From: Eubacterium sp.
GTDB taxonomy: Bacteria > Bacillota > Clostridia > Oscillospirales > Acutalibacteraceae
NCBI GenBank assembly: GCA_029050995.1
Contig: JAIDLO010000169.1
Coordinates: 1 to 41,315 of the forward strand
Length of the DNA stretch: 41,315 nucleotides
Reading direction: 5' to 3'
This document shows, one piece after another, positions 30,063-39,366 of this stretch (position 1 is the first letter of the stretch; each line of letters begins with the position of its first letter). Made by a program: the position numbers and the translations under genes. The notes below the pieces were generated by a model. It was not told the origin of the DNA. It did no database searches and saw nothing but the letters and a program-made list of their open reading frames with translations.

Positions 30063-30770
30063 ATGAAAAAAAAACGAAAAAAGCGTACGATTGTTTTAGT
30101 CGTAATTTTGGTTATCGTGCTTGCAGTTTCCGGATATTATGTGTGGAAAGAAATGTATTCACGCGCACAGGAAGTTAAGGATTTTGAAAAAATACATGAG
30201 CTGGTTGATGATGAAAACGGCAGAAACCTTGCTCTTTTGATGAAGCAGAATCCTGAATGTATCGGCTGGGTTTGTATTCCCGATACAACGCTTGATTATC
30301 CTGTTATGCATACCCCAAATCAACCGCAAAAATATCTCAGATTAAGCTTTGATGAAAAATACAGCTTTTCGGGCGTTCCGTTCCTTGATGCAAGATGTAC
30401 ATTGGAAAGTGATAATTTAATTATCTATGGTCATAATCTGAAAAATGATACAATGTTTTCTTCTCTTGGCGGCTATGTACAGGCTTCTTACAGTAAAAAA
30501 CATCCTAAAATTGAATTTGAAACTGCAAATGAAGATGCTTACTATTCAGTAGCTATCGTCGCTCAGATTGATGAAACGGATGAATGGTATAATTTTGTTG
30601 ATGCACCAAACAGCAAAAGCTTTGATGAGTCAATAGAAACTCTTAAAACAAAGGCTGTTTATACAACAGATGTGGTACCCGAATTCGGGCAGCAGCTGCT
30701 TACATTAACAACTTGCTATGGTTCTGAAAAAAGCGGACGATTAATTGTCGTTGCAGTGAAAGATAAATAA
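30063..30770 (+). CDS. srtB: Class B sortase
   Basis: N-terminal anchor; NPECIGWVCIPDTTLDYPV, FLDAR, NLIIYGHN (His), MFSSL, LLTLTTC (Cys), GRLIVVA (Arg). Confidence 0.92.
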   Translation: MKKKRKKRTIVLVVILVIVLAVSGYYVWKEMYSRAQEVKDFEKIHELVDDENGRNLALLMKQNPECIGWVCIPDTTLDYPVMHTPNQPQKYLRLSFDEKYSFSGVPFLDARCTLESDNLIIYGHNLKNDTMFSSLGGYVQASYSKKHPKIEFETANEDAYYSVAIVAQIDETDEWYNFVDAPNSKSFDESIETLKTKAVYTTDVVPEFGQQLLTLTTCYGSEKSGRLIVVAVKDK

Positions 30771-30776
30771 AAGAAT

Positions 30777-30809
30777 AAAAAGGTCGGTTCATTATGAACC
30801 GACCTTTTT
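30777..30809. terminator. Bidirectional intrinsic terminator between srtB and the CDF gene
   Basis: Perfect inverted repeat AAAAAGGTCGGTTCAT-T-ATGAACCGACCTTTTT. Confidence 0.9.
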
Positions 30810-30816
30810 GTATGCT

Positions 30817-31983
30817 TTATACGAAGCTGTGCTCAACTGTAACAACTAAGTTAATATTCGGATATTTCTCTCTGAAAACAGCTCTTATTTCTTTTAATAC
30901 CGTGCTGTTTTCTTTTTTGTATTGATGCGGAATAACAAGATCAAAAATAAAGTTTGTATGTGTTTTGCCCTCAACAACTCTGAAATCGTGGAAAGAAAAG
31001 CGTTCGTCATAGGCTTTAATTAATTCAGCGGTTATTGCTCTGTATTCGTTTATTTTTTCATCATCCACTACAACAGGGTCCATATGAATGCAAATCATAA
31101 TGTTTAAATTCTTGCTGATACGCTTCTCAACATTGTCTATCATATCATGAAGCTTGAGTACATCTTCGCTGCAAGGCACTTCAGCGTGCGCAGAAGCAAT
31201 GATTCTGCCGGGACCGTAATCGTGAACAATTAAATCATGAACGCCTGCGATATCCTTTTCTGCAAGCATAATCTCTTCAATCTGCTTAACGAGCTCGGGA
31301 TCGGGTGCTTTTCCAAGAAGATTGCTTATAATGTCTTTAACAATTCCGATACCTGCAATGATAACGATTACGGCAACGATAACGCCTATGATTCCGTCTG
31401 CTCGTTTGAAAGGGGTAAATGCAGAAATCAAAAGAGCTGCAATTGTTGCTGTCGTAGCAATGCAGTCATTCAGACTGTCTTGCTTAACGGCTTTCATATT
31501 TACATTGTTTGTTATCTTGAAAAGCTTGTTGTTGAAGAATGCCATCCAAAGCTTAACAGCAATGGATACGATTAAAACAATGAGGGTTGCAATGCTGAAT
31601 TTAACATCTTCGGGGTGAATGATTTTTTCAATACTGCTTTTGCCAAGCTCAAAGCCCATAAGGAAGATAAAGAATGAAACAATAAGTGCGCTTATGTATT
31701 CCATTCTGCCGTGACCGAATGGGTGATCATCATCAACAGGCTTTCCAGCCAATTTCGCTCCGAATATCGTAACAACATTTGAGCTTGCATCCGAAAGGTT
31801 GTTAACCGCATCCGCAGTTATAGAAACGGAATTTGATAATGCACCAACTAAGAATTTGAATATGCAAAGCAGTAGGTTGCAGAATATCCCAACGCCACCC
31901 GACAGTGTGCCGTATTTTTCTCTTGTCTTGATGTCCTTTGCATCTCCGTCTTTGATAAATAGCTTTATAATAAAGTTACCCAT
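30817..31983 (-). CDS. Cation diffusion facilitator (CDF) family transporter
   Basis: SVSITADAVNNLSD, DDDHPFGHGRMEY, multiple TM helices, C-terminal HDLIVHDYGPG...IHMDP domain plus a second HDFRVV segment; RBS GGAGGG. Confidence 0.93.
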   Translation of the reverse strand: MGNFIIKLFIKDGDAKDIKTREKYGTLSGGVGIFCNLLLCIFKFLVGALSNSVSITADAVNNLSDASSNVVTIFGAKLAGKPVDDDHPFGHGRMEYISALIVSFFIFLMGFELGKSSIEKIIHPEDVKFSIATLIVLIVSIAVKLWMAFFNNKLFKITNNVNMKAVKQDSLNDCIATTATIAALLISAFTPFKRADGIIGVIVAVIVIIAGIGIVKDIISNLLGKAPDPELVKQIEEIMLAEKDIAGVHDLIVHDYGPGRIIASAHAEVPCSEDVLKLHDMIDNVEKRISKNLNIMICIHMDPVVVDDEKINEYRAITAELIKAYDERFSFHDFRVVEGKTHTNFIFDLVIPHQYKKENSTVLKEIRAVFREKYPNINLVVTVEHSFV

Positions 31984-32010
31984 AAAATTCCCTCCGTTTC
32001 GTATTGAAAT

Positions 32011-32039
32011 ATAATAACATATATGTATAAATAACTCAA
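32011..32039 (-). promoter_or_regulatory. Putative sigmaA promoter of the CDF gene
   Basis: Minus strand TTGAGT-17 nt-TATTAT with a TG extended -10. Confidence 0.5.
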
Positions 32040-32099
32040 TCGGATTTTTCTTTATTCTATGGAATAATATTTAATTAATCAAATATTTATACATTATTA

Positions 32100-32128
32100 T
32101 TGAATAAAAATTTTTCTTATGCTATAAT
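32100..32128 (+). promoter_or_regulatory. Putative sigmaA promoter of the ruvC operon
   Basis: TTGAAT-17 nt-TATAAT with a TGn extended -10. Confidence 0.7.
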
Positions 32129-32159
32129 GAATCAGATTAAATTGGAGTAGTATATATTA

Positions 32160-32657
32160 ATGATAATTCTTGGCATAGATCCCGGCTACGCTATCATAGG
32201 CTGGGGTGTTCTTGAGCACAAAGCAAATAAATTTCGTGTTATAGATTACGGTGCTATAACAACCGAAGCGCATACACCGTTTCCGCTCAGACTGCAGACG
32301 ATTTATACAGAAATGAATATGATTTTTGATAAATATCATCCTGAGGTTATGAGTATGGAAAAACTGTTTTATAATAATAATGCGAAAACAGTTATTGATG
32401 TTGCGCAGGCAAGGGGCGTTATAACGCTTTCTGCGCAGATGCATAATGTTGATATTTTTGAATACACACCGCTTCAGGTTAAGCAGTCTGTTACAGGCTA
32501 CGGCAGAGCGGTTAAAAAACAGGTGCAGGAAATGACAAGGCTTATTTTAAATCTTGAAAAAATTCCAAAGCCTGATGATACGGCGGATGCCCTTGCTATG
32601 GCAATCTGTCACGGTCACGCAAGCGGAAGCCTTCTTGGCGGATATGGTAAGTTGTAG
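32160..32657 (+). CDS. ruvC: Holliday junction resolvase RuvC
   Basis: ILGIDPG, MEKLFY, VAQARGV, YTPLQVKQSVTGYGRA, PDDTADALAMAICH. Confidence 0.96.
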   Translation: MIILGIDPGYAIIGWGVLEHKANKFRVIDYGAITTEAHTPFPLRLQTIYTEMNMIFDKYHPEVMSMEKLFYNNNAKTVIDVAQARGVITLSAQMHNVDIFEYTPLQVKQSVTGYGRAVKKQVQEMTRLILNLEKIPKPDDTADALAMAICHGHASGSLLGGYGKL

Positions 32658-32923
32658 GTAGTCAAAATAATGTGCCTAAAATACAAAATTATGGCAGCTT
32701 TGCACATTTTTTGTCTTGCCATACAACAGTATGCCTGCACCAAAGAAATGCACAAATCTACTCATAATTTTGCATTTTAGGTGCGAGCAGTTTAGCCACT
32801 AAGATTTTTCGGCAAGACAAGGCACAATTATTTTTGCATACTGACGTATACAAAAATAATTTAACGAAGTATTGACGGAAAAGATTGCGGCTAAACCACA
32901 GTCTTTTGACTATCTATAACTTA
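32648..32923. mobile_element. MITE-like structured repeat element with 20-bp terminal inverted repeats
   Basis: Left TAAGTTGTAGGTAGTCAAAA versus right TTTTGACTATCTATAACTTA (18/20 complementary). Two long internal hairpin arms, each capped by CATAC-N4-GTAT. No ORF. Confidence 0.65.
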
Positions 32924-32940
32924 AGTTTTGAGGTAGAAAT

Positions 32941-33546
32941 ATGATTTACAATGTTAAAGGTACATTAACCTATATAGATGCTCAGTTTGTTGTAGTAGAA
33001 TGCAGCGGTGTCGGCTTTAAATGTTTTACAACGCTGAATACATCAAAATCAGTCGGCAAAATCGGCAGTGAAGTGAATCTTTACACGCATCTTTCTGTTA
33101 GAGAAGATGCAATGGATTTGTTCGGCTTTGCAACGCTTACGGAGCTTGAGGCATTCAAAATGCTGATAACTGTTTCGGGTGTCGGCCCAAAGGCTGCTGT
33201 TTCCGTATTGTCTGAGCTTACGCCGGACAGACTCGCTCTTGCAATTGCATCAAGTGATACAAAAGCAATCATTAAAGCAAATGGTATCGGAAAGAAAACA
33301 GCTGAGCGCATTGTGCTTGAATTAAAGGATAAAATGGCAAGCGTTGCAACAGGCGAGCTTTCTTCTGCCGTTGCTTCGGCAGGCTCTATTGTTGAGGAAA
33401 GCGCTTCTGCAGAAGCCGTTGCCGCGCTTGTAGCATTAGGCTTCAGCCAAAGTGATGCCGCTGTTGCAGTTGGCCAGATGGATAAATCTCTTTCAGCTGA
33501 TGAAATGATAAGGCTTGGATTAAAACAGCTTTCAAGTAGTCTTTAA
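32941..33546 (+). CDS. ruvA: Holliday junction branch migration protein RuvA
   Basis: LYTHLSVRED, LFGF, HhH motifs VSGVGPKAA and GIGKKTAERIVLELKDK, C-terminal ALVALGF. Confidence 0.96.
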   Translation: MIYNVKGTLTYIDAQFVVVECSGVGFKCFTTLNTSKSVGKIGSEVNLYTHLSVREDAMDLFGFATLTELEAFKMLITVSGVGPKAAVSVLSELTPDRLALAIASSDTKAIIKANGIGKKTAERIVLELKDKMASVATGELSSAVASAGSIVEESASAEAVAALVALGFSQSDAAVAVGQMDKSLSADEMIRLGLKQLSSSL

Positions 33547-33566
33547 TTGATTTTTGAGGAGTAACT

Positions 33567-34595
33567 ATGAACGAAATGGATTTTGAAAACAGAATAGTTT
33601 CAACCGAGTTTTCAGAGGCAGATAACGATATTGAAAACAGCCTCAGACCGAAGGAATTAACTGACTATATCGGACAGGAAAAGGCAAAGGAAAATCTTTC
33701 TGTTTATATTCAGGCTGCCCGCCAAAGAGGGGAAGCACTTGACCATGTTTTGCTTTACGGACCTCCGGGTCTTGGTAAAACAACGCTTGCGGGCATTATT
33801 GCAAATGAAATGGGCGTTAATATCAGAATAACAAGTGGTCCTGCGATTGAAAAGCAGGGCGATCTTGCTGCGCTTTTAACCAATCTTCAGGAGGGCGATG
33901 TACTCTTTATTGATGAAATTCATCGTCTTAATCGAAGTGTTGAAGAGGTTTTGTATCCTGCGATGGAGGATAGGGCGCTTGATATTATTATTGGTAAAGG
34001 CCCGTCTGCAAGATCAATCCGACTTGATTTGCCGAATTTTACACTTGTTGGGGCAACAACCCGTGCAGGTCAGCTTTCAGCACCTTTGCGAGACAGATTC
34101 GGCGTTATTTTAAGATTGGAATTATATACAAATGCAGAGCTTGCATCTATTGTTAAAAGAAGTGCAGGCATTCTTGGAATTAATATTGATGAAAAGGGCG
34201 CTTATCAGATTGCTTCTCGTTCAAGAGGAACACCTCGTATTGCAAACAGACTTCTTAAAAGAAGCCGTGATTTTGCCGAAGTTAAGTATGAGGGTGTCAT
34301 AACCGAGGAAGCTTCCTCAGATGCGTTGAACAGAATGGAAATTGATGAGCTTGGTCTTGATTCAATAGACCGCCGATTGCTTACAACTATGATAAGAAAT
34401 TATAACGGCGGACCTGTAGGGCTTGAAACGATAGCAGCAGCTATAGGCGAGGAAGCCGTAACGATAGAGGATGTTTATGAGCCTTATCTTATGCAGATCG
34501 GATTTCTCAGCAGAACGCCGAGAGGCAGATGTGTTACGCCTGCAGGTTATAAGCATCTTGGAATAGAGCAGGATGGCCAGCAGTCTTTATTGTAA
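33567..34595 (+). CDS. ruvB: Holliday junction DNA helicase RuvB
   Basis: [53 protein letters not shown]...RTPRGR. Confidence 0.98.
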   Translation: MNEMDFENRIVSTEFSEADNDIENSLRPKELTDYIGQEKAKENLSVYIQAARQRGEALDHVLLYGPPGLGKTTLAGIIANEMGVNIRITSGPAIEKQGDLAALLTNLQEGDVLFIDEIHRLNRSVEEVLYPAMEDRALDIIIGKGPSARSIRLDLPNFTLVGATTRAGQLSAPLRDRFGVILRLELYTNAELASIVKRSAGILGINIDEKGAYQIASRSRGTPRIANRLLKRSRDFAEVKYEGVITEEASSDALNRMEIDELGLDSIDRRLLTTMIRNYNGGPVGLETIAAAIGEEAVTIEDVYEPYLMQIGFLSRTPRGRCVTPAGYKHLGIEQDGQQSLL

Positions 34596-34615
34596 TTTTA
34601 GAAAGGATATTTGTT

Positions 34616-35965
34616 ATGGGCAGATTATTCGGAACAGATGGTGTCAGAGGAATTGCAAATAAGGATTTAACAAATGATCTTGCTATGAAAATAGGAATGG
34701 CGGCTGCCGAAATTCTTATTAAAAACAAGGATAATAAGCCAAAGGTTATGATTGGAAAGGACACAAGAGCATCGGGCGATATGCTGGAAGCTGCATTAAC
34801 GGCAGGCTTTTGTGCAGTTGGTGTTGATGTGCTTTCCGTTGGTGTTGTGCCAACGCCTGCGATTGCTTATCTTGTTGGAAAATATAATTGTGATGCGGGT
34901 GTTATGATTTCTGCATCTCATAATCCTTGTGAATACAACGGCATTAAAATTTTCCAGGGAAATGGCTATAAGCTTCCCGATGAGCTTGAAGAAGAAATAG
35001 AAGCTATCATTCTTGACCAGGCAGAGGAAATAGAACTTAAAATCGGCGGCGAGGTTGGAAACAGAATTTACTGCAAAACAGCTGTTGAGGATTATATTCA
35101 GCATGTTGTCTCTGTTTCAGAGGTAAGATTTGACGGTATGAATATTGCAATTGATACATCAAATGGCTCTGCTTCTGTTTGTGCAAAGGAAATATTTACC
35201 CGCCTCGGCGCAAAATGCCATATGCTTTCCGATACACCGGATGGTGTTAATATAAACAAAAACTGCGGTTCAACACATCCCGAGGAGCTTATGAGTTTTG
35301 TAAAGGCAAATAAGCTTGATTTGGGGCTTGCCTTTGACGGCGATGCAGACAGAATGCTTGCTGTTGATGAAAACGGCGAGCTGGTTGACGGCGATAAGAT
35401 TATTGCAATCTGTTCTATGCAGATGAAGCAGGAGGGCAGGCTCAATAAGGATACGGCTGTCGTTACCGTAATGAGCAATATGGGCTTTTTCAAATTCTGC
35501 GAAAAATACGGAATCCATTGTGCAAAAACGGCTGTCGGCGATAGATATGTTCTGGAGCGTATGCTGAAAAAAGGCTATAATATCGGCGGCGAGCAGAGCG
35601 GTCATGTAATCTTCCTGGATTATGCAACAACAGGGGACGGCGAGCTTTCAGGTGTTAAGCTGATTGAAACAGTTGTTAAAAGCGGAACAACGCTTGGCAA
35701 TCTTGCGAAGGCAATGACGGTTTATCCACAGGTACTTATCAATGTTGAGGTTACCCCTGAGGGCAAACAAAAATATAACAATGATGAATATATTATTTCA
35801 GCCGTTCAGGAGGCTGAAATGGAGCTTCACGGCGACGGCAGAGTGCTTGTTCGTGTTTCGGGCACAGAGCCTCTTGTTCGTGTTATGCTCGAAGGAAAAG
35901 ATTTAGAACAAATAACAAAGCTCGGCAATTATATTGCTGATGTGGTTAAAGAAAGACTTAGCTGA
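34616..35965 (+). CDS. glmM: Phosphoglucosamine mutase
   Basis: FGTDGVRG, GVMISASHNP (phosphoserine loop), AFDGDADR, GGEQSGH, RVSGTEP. Confidence 0.96.
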   Translation: MGRLFGTDGVRGIANKDLTNDLAMKIGMAAAEILIKNKDNKPKVMIGKDTRASGDMLEAALTAGFCAVGVDVLSVGVVPTPAIAYLVGKYNCDAGVMISASHNPCEYNGIKIFQGNGYKLPDELEEEIEAIILDQAEEIELKIGGEVGNRIYCKTAVEDYIQHVVSVSEVRFDGMNIAIDTSNGSASVCAKEIFTRLGAKCHMLSDTPDGVNINKNCGSTHPEELMSFVKANKLDLGLAFDGDADRMLAVDENGELVDGDKIIAICSMQMKQEGRLNKDTAVVTVMSNMGFFKFCEKYGIHCAKTAVGDRYVLERMLKKGYNIGGEQSGHVIFLDYATTGDGELSGVKLIETVVKSGTTLGNLAKAMTVYPQVLINVEVTPEGKQKYNNDEYIISAVQEAEMELHGDGRVLVRVSGTEPLVRVMLEGKDLEQITKLGNYIADVVKERLS

Positions 35966-36831
35966 TGAGATATACAAAAGATTGGAAAGATTATGAGCTT
36001 ATTGATTGCTCAAACGGCGAAAAGCTTGAACGCTGGGGAAATCAGGTTTTAATCAGACCGGACCCGCAGGTTATTTGGAAAAGTGAAAGAAAAAACAGCT
36101 ATTGGTATCAGGCAAACGCAAGATATGAACGCTCAAAAACAGGCGGCGGTCAATGGAATGTCTATAAAAAAATGCCGTCGTTCTGGCAGGTTAAGTATAA
36201 GGATTTAAGTTTTAATATCAAAACAATGGGCTTTAAGCATACAGGGCTTTTCCCGGAGCAGGCTGTAAACTGGGATTTAACCCGTGAGGTTATCCGAAAC
36301 AGCGGCAGAAATGATGTGAAAGTGCTGAATCTGTTCGCTTATACAGGCGGTGCAACGGTTGCCTGCCTGAAAGAGGGTGCATCTGTTGTTCATGTTGATG
36401 CATCCAAGGGTATGACACTTTGGGCAAAAGAAAATGTGGAAGCCTCGGGGCTCTCCGATAAGCCTTGCAGATGGATTGTTGACGACTGTATCAAATTTGT
36501 TCAGCGTGAAATCAGAAGAGGCAATAAATATGATATTATAATCCTTGATCCTCCGTCTTACGGCAGAGGACCTAAGGGCGAAATCTGGCATTTAGAGGAT
36601 AGCCTTTATGATTTTGTAGGGCTTGTTAAGCAGGTGCTTTCCGATAATCCTCTTATGGTGCTTTTAAATTCGTACACAACAGGGCTTTCGGCTTCTGTTA
36701 TGAAATATATTCTTGATGATATTATAGTTAAAGAAAAGGGCGGCAGTGTTGATGCAGATGAAATCGGGCTTCCTGTTTCATCAAACGGGGAAGTTCTTCC
36801 CTGCGGAGCATCAGCGATCTGGATGAAATAA
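35965..36831 (+). CDS. Class I SAM-dependent methyltransferase (RlmI/RlmK-like catalytic domain)
   Basis: KHTGLFPEQ, VLNLFAYTGG, VHVDAS, LDPPSYG; overlaps the glmM stop (TGATG). Confidence 0.85.
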   Translation: MRYTKDWKDYELIDCSNGEKLERWGNQVLIRPDPQVIWKSERKNSYWYQANARYERSKTGGGQWNVYKKMPSFWQVKYKDLSFNIKTMGFKHTGLFPEQAVNWDLTREVIRNSGRNDVKVLNLFAYTGGATVACLKEGASVVHVDASKGMTLWAKENVEASGLSDKPCRWIVDDCIKFVQREIRRGNKYDIIILDPPSYGRGPKGEIWHLEDSLYDFVGLVKQVLSDNPLMVLLNSYTTGLSASVMKYILDDIIVKEKGGSVDADEIGLPVSSNGEVLPCGASAIWMK

Positions 36832-37679
36832 TGGAATTAATTAAATTTGATGATGTTAGTTTTTCGTATACTCTTGATGATGAAGAGGAAAACACATCTG
36901 AAAAAATTGATGTTATAAAAAATCTTAATCTTGAAATAGAAAAGGGCAGCTTTGTTGCGGTTCTCGGTCATAACGGCTCGGGCAAATCAACGATTGCAAA
37001 GCTTATAAATGGTCTTCTTGTTCCGCAGAGCGGAATGGTAACTGTAAATGGTGTATCAACTGAAAATGAAGACGATGTTTTTGAAATCCGTAAAAATGTA
37101 GGTATGGTTTTTCAGAATCCCGATAATCAGATTGTTGCTTCAATCGTTGAAGAGGATGTTGCCTTCGGTGTTGAAAACCTCGGTATTCCGTCCGCAGAAA
37201 TCAGACAAAGAGTGGATGAAGCGCTCAAAACTGTTGGAATGTATGAATTCCGTGAAAGAGCACCGCATAAGCTTTCGGGCGGTCAGAAACAGCGTGTTGC
37301 CGTTGCAGGCATTATTGCAATGAAGCCGCAGTGTATCGTGCTTGATGAGCCGACCGCAATGCTTGATCCAAGTGGGCGCAGGGAAGTTATTGAAACAGTT
37401 AAAAAGCTGAACAAGGAAGAAAATATAACAATTGTTCTGATTACGCATTATATGGATGAAGCTGTTGAAGCAGACAGAGTTATCGTTGTGGATAACGGCG
37501 AAATCAAAATGGATGATACGCCGGAAAATGTGTTTGCAAGAGTGGATGAGCTTAAAGCACTTGGTCTTGATGTTCCGCAGTCAACCGAGTTGATTTATAG
37601 ATTAGGACTTAAAACAGATAAAACAATCTTAACCGCCGATGATTGTGTGGAATTTATTAAAAACGCATTGGAGGTTTAA
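36831..37679 (+). CDS. ecfA1: Energy-coupling factor transporter ATPase A1
   Basis: GHNGSGKST, VFQNPDNQIV, LSGGQKQRVA, LDEPTAMLDP. Confidence 0.92.
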   Translation: MELIKFDDVSFSYTLDDEEENTSEKIDVIKNLNLEIEKGSFVAVLGHNGSGKSTIAKLINGLLVPQSGMVTVNGVSTENEDDVFEIRKNVGMVFQNPDNQIVASIVEEDVAFGVENLGIPSAEIRQRVDEALKTVGMYEFRERAPHKLSGGQKQRVAVAGIIAMKPQCIVLDEPTAMLDPSGRREVIETVKKLNKEENITIVLITHYMDEAVEADRVIVVDNGEIKMDDTPENVFARVDELKALGLDVPQSTELIYRLGLKTDKTILTADDCVEFIKNALEV

Positions 37680-37681
37680 TT

Positions 37682-38560
37682 GTGGCAGTTTTAGTTTGTG
37701 AAAATTTAAAATATCTTTACAGCGTCGGAACTCCTTTTGAAACTGCTGCAATTGAAGCTGTTGATTTCTCAGTGGAAAAGGGAGATTTAATCGGCGTAAT
37801 CGGTCATACAGGCAGCGGAAAATCAACGCTGATTCAGCATTGTAACGGCTTGCTGGAACCCCACAGCGGTTCGGTTTATCTGAATGGAAATGATATCTGG
37901 TCTAAGGAAAACAGAAAGAATATAAGAAATGTCCGCTTTTCAGTCGGGCTCTGCTTTCAGTATCCCGAGTATCAGATTTTTGAATCAACAATATACAGAG
38001 AAATCGCTTTCGGTCCGAAGCAAATGGGATTAAGTGATAAAGAAATCGAAGAGCGTGTTTATCAAAGTATGGATTTTGTCGGCTTAAACCGTTCTCTTGA
38101 AGATGAATCTCCGTTTGAGTTATCGGGCGGGCAAAAAAGGCGTGTTGCCATTGCTTCCATTCTTGCAATGCAGCCGCAGGTGCTTATTCTTGATGAGCCT
38201 TGTGCAGGTCTTGATCCTGTCGGAAGAAATATTATCCTTGATCTTGTTAAGGAATATCAGCATAAAATGGGGAATACTGTTATTCTTGTTTCTCATTCTA
38301 TGGAGGATGTTGCAAAGCTGTGCAATAAGGTTCTTGTTATGAATCAGGGAAAGGTTGCTATGTACGGCACAGTTCCCGAGGTTTATTCACAGGGCGAAAA
38401 ACTGAAAGAAATGGGTCTTAATGTTCCGCAGATTACGGATGTCTTTTTAAAGCTTAAAGCAAGTGGTGTTGACTGCAGAACAGATATTTTTACTGTTGAA
38501 GACGGTGTTCAGGAGATAAACAGGCTCTTTTCCGCAAAGAAAGGAGCGCAGGCATTATGA
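37682..38560 (+). CDS. ecfA2: Energy-coupling factor transporter ATPase A2
   Basis: GTG start; GTPFE, GHTGSGKST, FQYPEYQIF, SPFELSGGQKRRVA. Confidence 0.92.
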   Translation: MAVLVCENLKYLYSVGTPFETAAIEAVDFSVEKGDLIGVIGHTGSGKSTLIQHCNGLLEPHSGSVYLNGNDIWSKENRKNIRNVRFSVGLCFQYPEYQIFESTIYREIAFGPKQMGLSDKEIEERVYQSMDFVGLNRSLEDESPFELSGGQKRRVAIASILAMQPQVLILDEPCAGLDPVGRNIILDLVKEYQHKMGNTVILVSHSMEDVAKLCNKVLVMNQGKVAMYGTVPEVYSQGEKLKEMGLNVPQITDVFLKLKASGVDCRTDIFTVEDGVQEINRLFSAKKGAQAL

Positions 38561-39366
38561 GTGAAATCACAATCGGGCAGTATTTCCCGGGAAAATCAGT
38601 TATCCATAAAATGGATGCAAGAATGAAATTGGTATTGGTCATTCTTTTCATTGTTGCTATGTTTTTATGTAAAAATTTCATATCGCTTGCTTTTGTTGCT
38701 GCGGCATTGGCAGCAATTATCTATATCAGCAAAATTCCTTTCAAAACAATCAGAAAAAGCCTTAAGCCGCTTATGATGATTATTCTGTTAACAGCAATCA
38801 TCAATCTTTTTTACGGCACAGGGGAGCCGCTTGTAAAATTCTGGTTTTTTACAATAACGCGTGACGGAATTTACAGAGCTGTCTTTATGGCTTTCAGAAT
38901 TTCTATTCTTGTTGTTGCAGGCTCAATGTTAACCTATACAACTTCTCCAACCGAGCTTACGGATGCGATTGAAAGGTTGTTTAAGCCGCTTAAATATATC
39001 AAAATTGATGTGCATACAATCGCTATGATTATGACGATTGCGTTAAGATTTATTCCAACGCTTGTTGAAGAAATTGATAAAATAACAGCGGCGCAGAAAT
39101 CAAGAGGTGCCGATATGGAAAGCGGCAATGTTATGAAAAGAATAAAGGCGCTTATTCCCGTTATTATTCCGCTTTTTATTTCTTCATTCAGAAGAGCAAA
39201 GGAGCTTGCCGATGCAATGGAATGCCGTTGCTACAGAGGCGGCGAGGGCAGAACAAAAATGAAAATTGCAAAACTTCAGACAAGAGATTATATTGCGTTT
39301 GTTGTATTTGCAGTATTCGTTGCGCTGATTTGCTATTTTAATACACTTATGGTGGCGGTTGTATGA
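38557..39366 (+). CDS. ecfT: Energy-coupling factor transporter transmembrane component T
   Basis: GQYFPGKSVIHKMDAR, IALRFIP, AQKSRG, AMECRCY; follows ecfA1 and ecfA2. Confidence 0.92.
   Translation: MSEITIGQYFPGKSVIHKMDARMKLVLVILFIVAMFLCKNFISLAFVAAALAAIIYISKIPFKTIRKSLKPLMMIILLTAIINLFYGTGEPLVKFWFFTITRDGIYRAVFMAFRISILVVAGSMLTYTTSPTELTDAIERLFKPLKYIKIDVHTIAMIMTIALRFIPTLVEEIDKITAAQKSRGADMESGNVMKRIKALIPVIIPLFISSFRRAKELADAMECRCYRGGEGRTKMKIAKLQTRDYIAFVVFAVFVALICYFNTLMVAVV

Noticed and set aside
32040-32160. LexA (GAAC-N4-GTTC) box upstream of ruvC
   Set aside because: No matching site found.
32648-32923. CRISPR array or tRNA between ruvC and ruvA
   Set aside because: No repeat-spacer periodicity and no cloverleaf or T-loop; the structure is nested inverted repeats.
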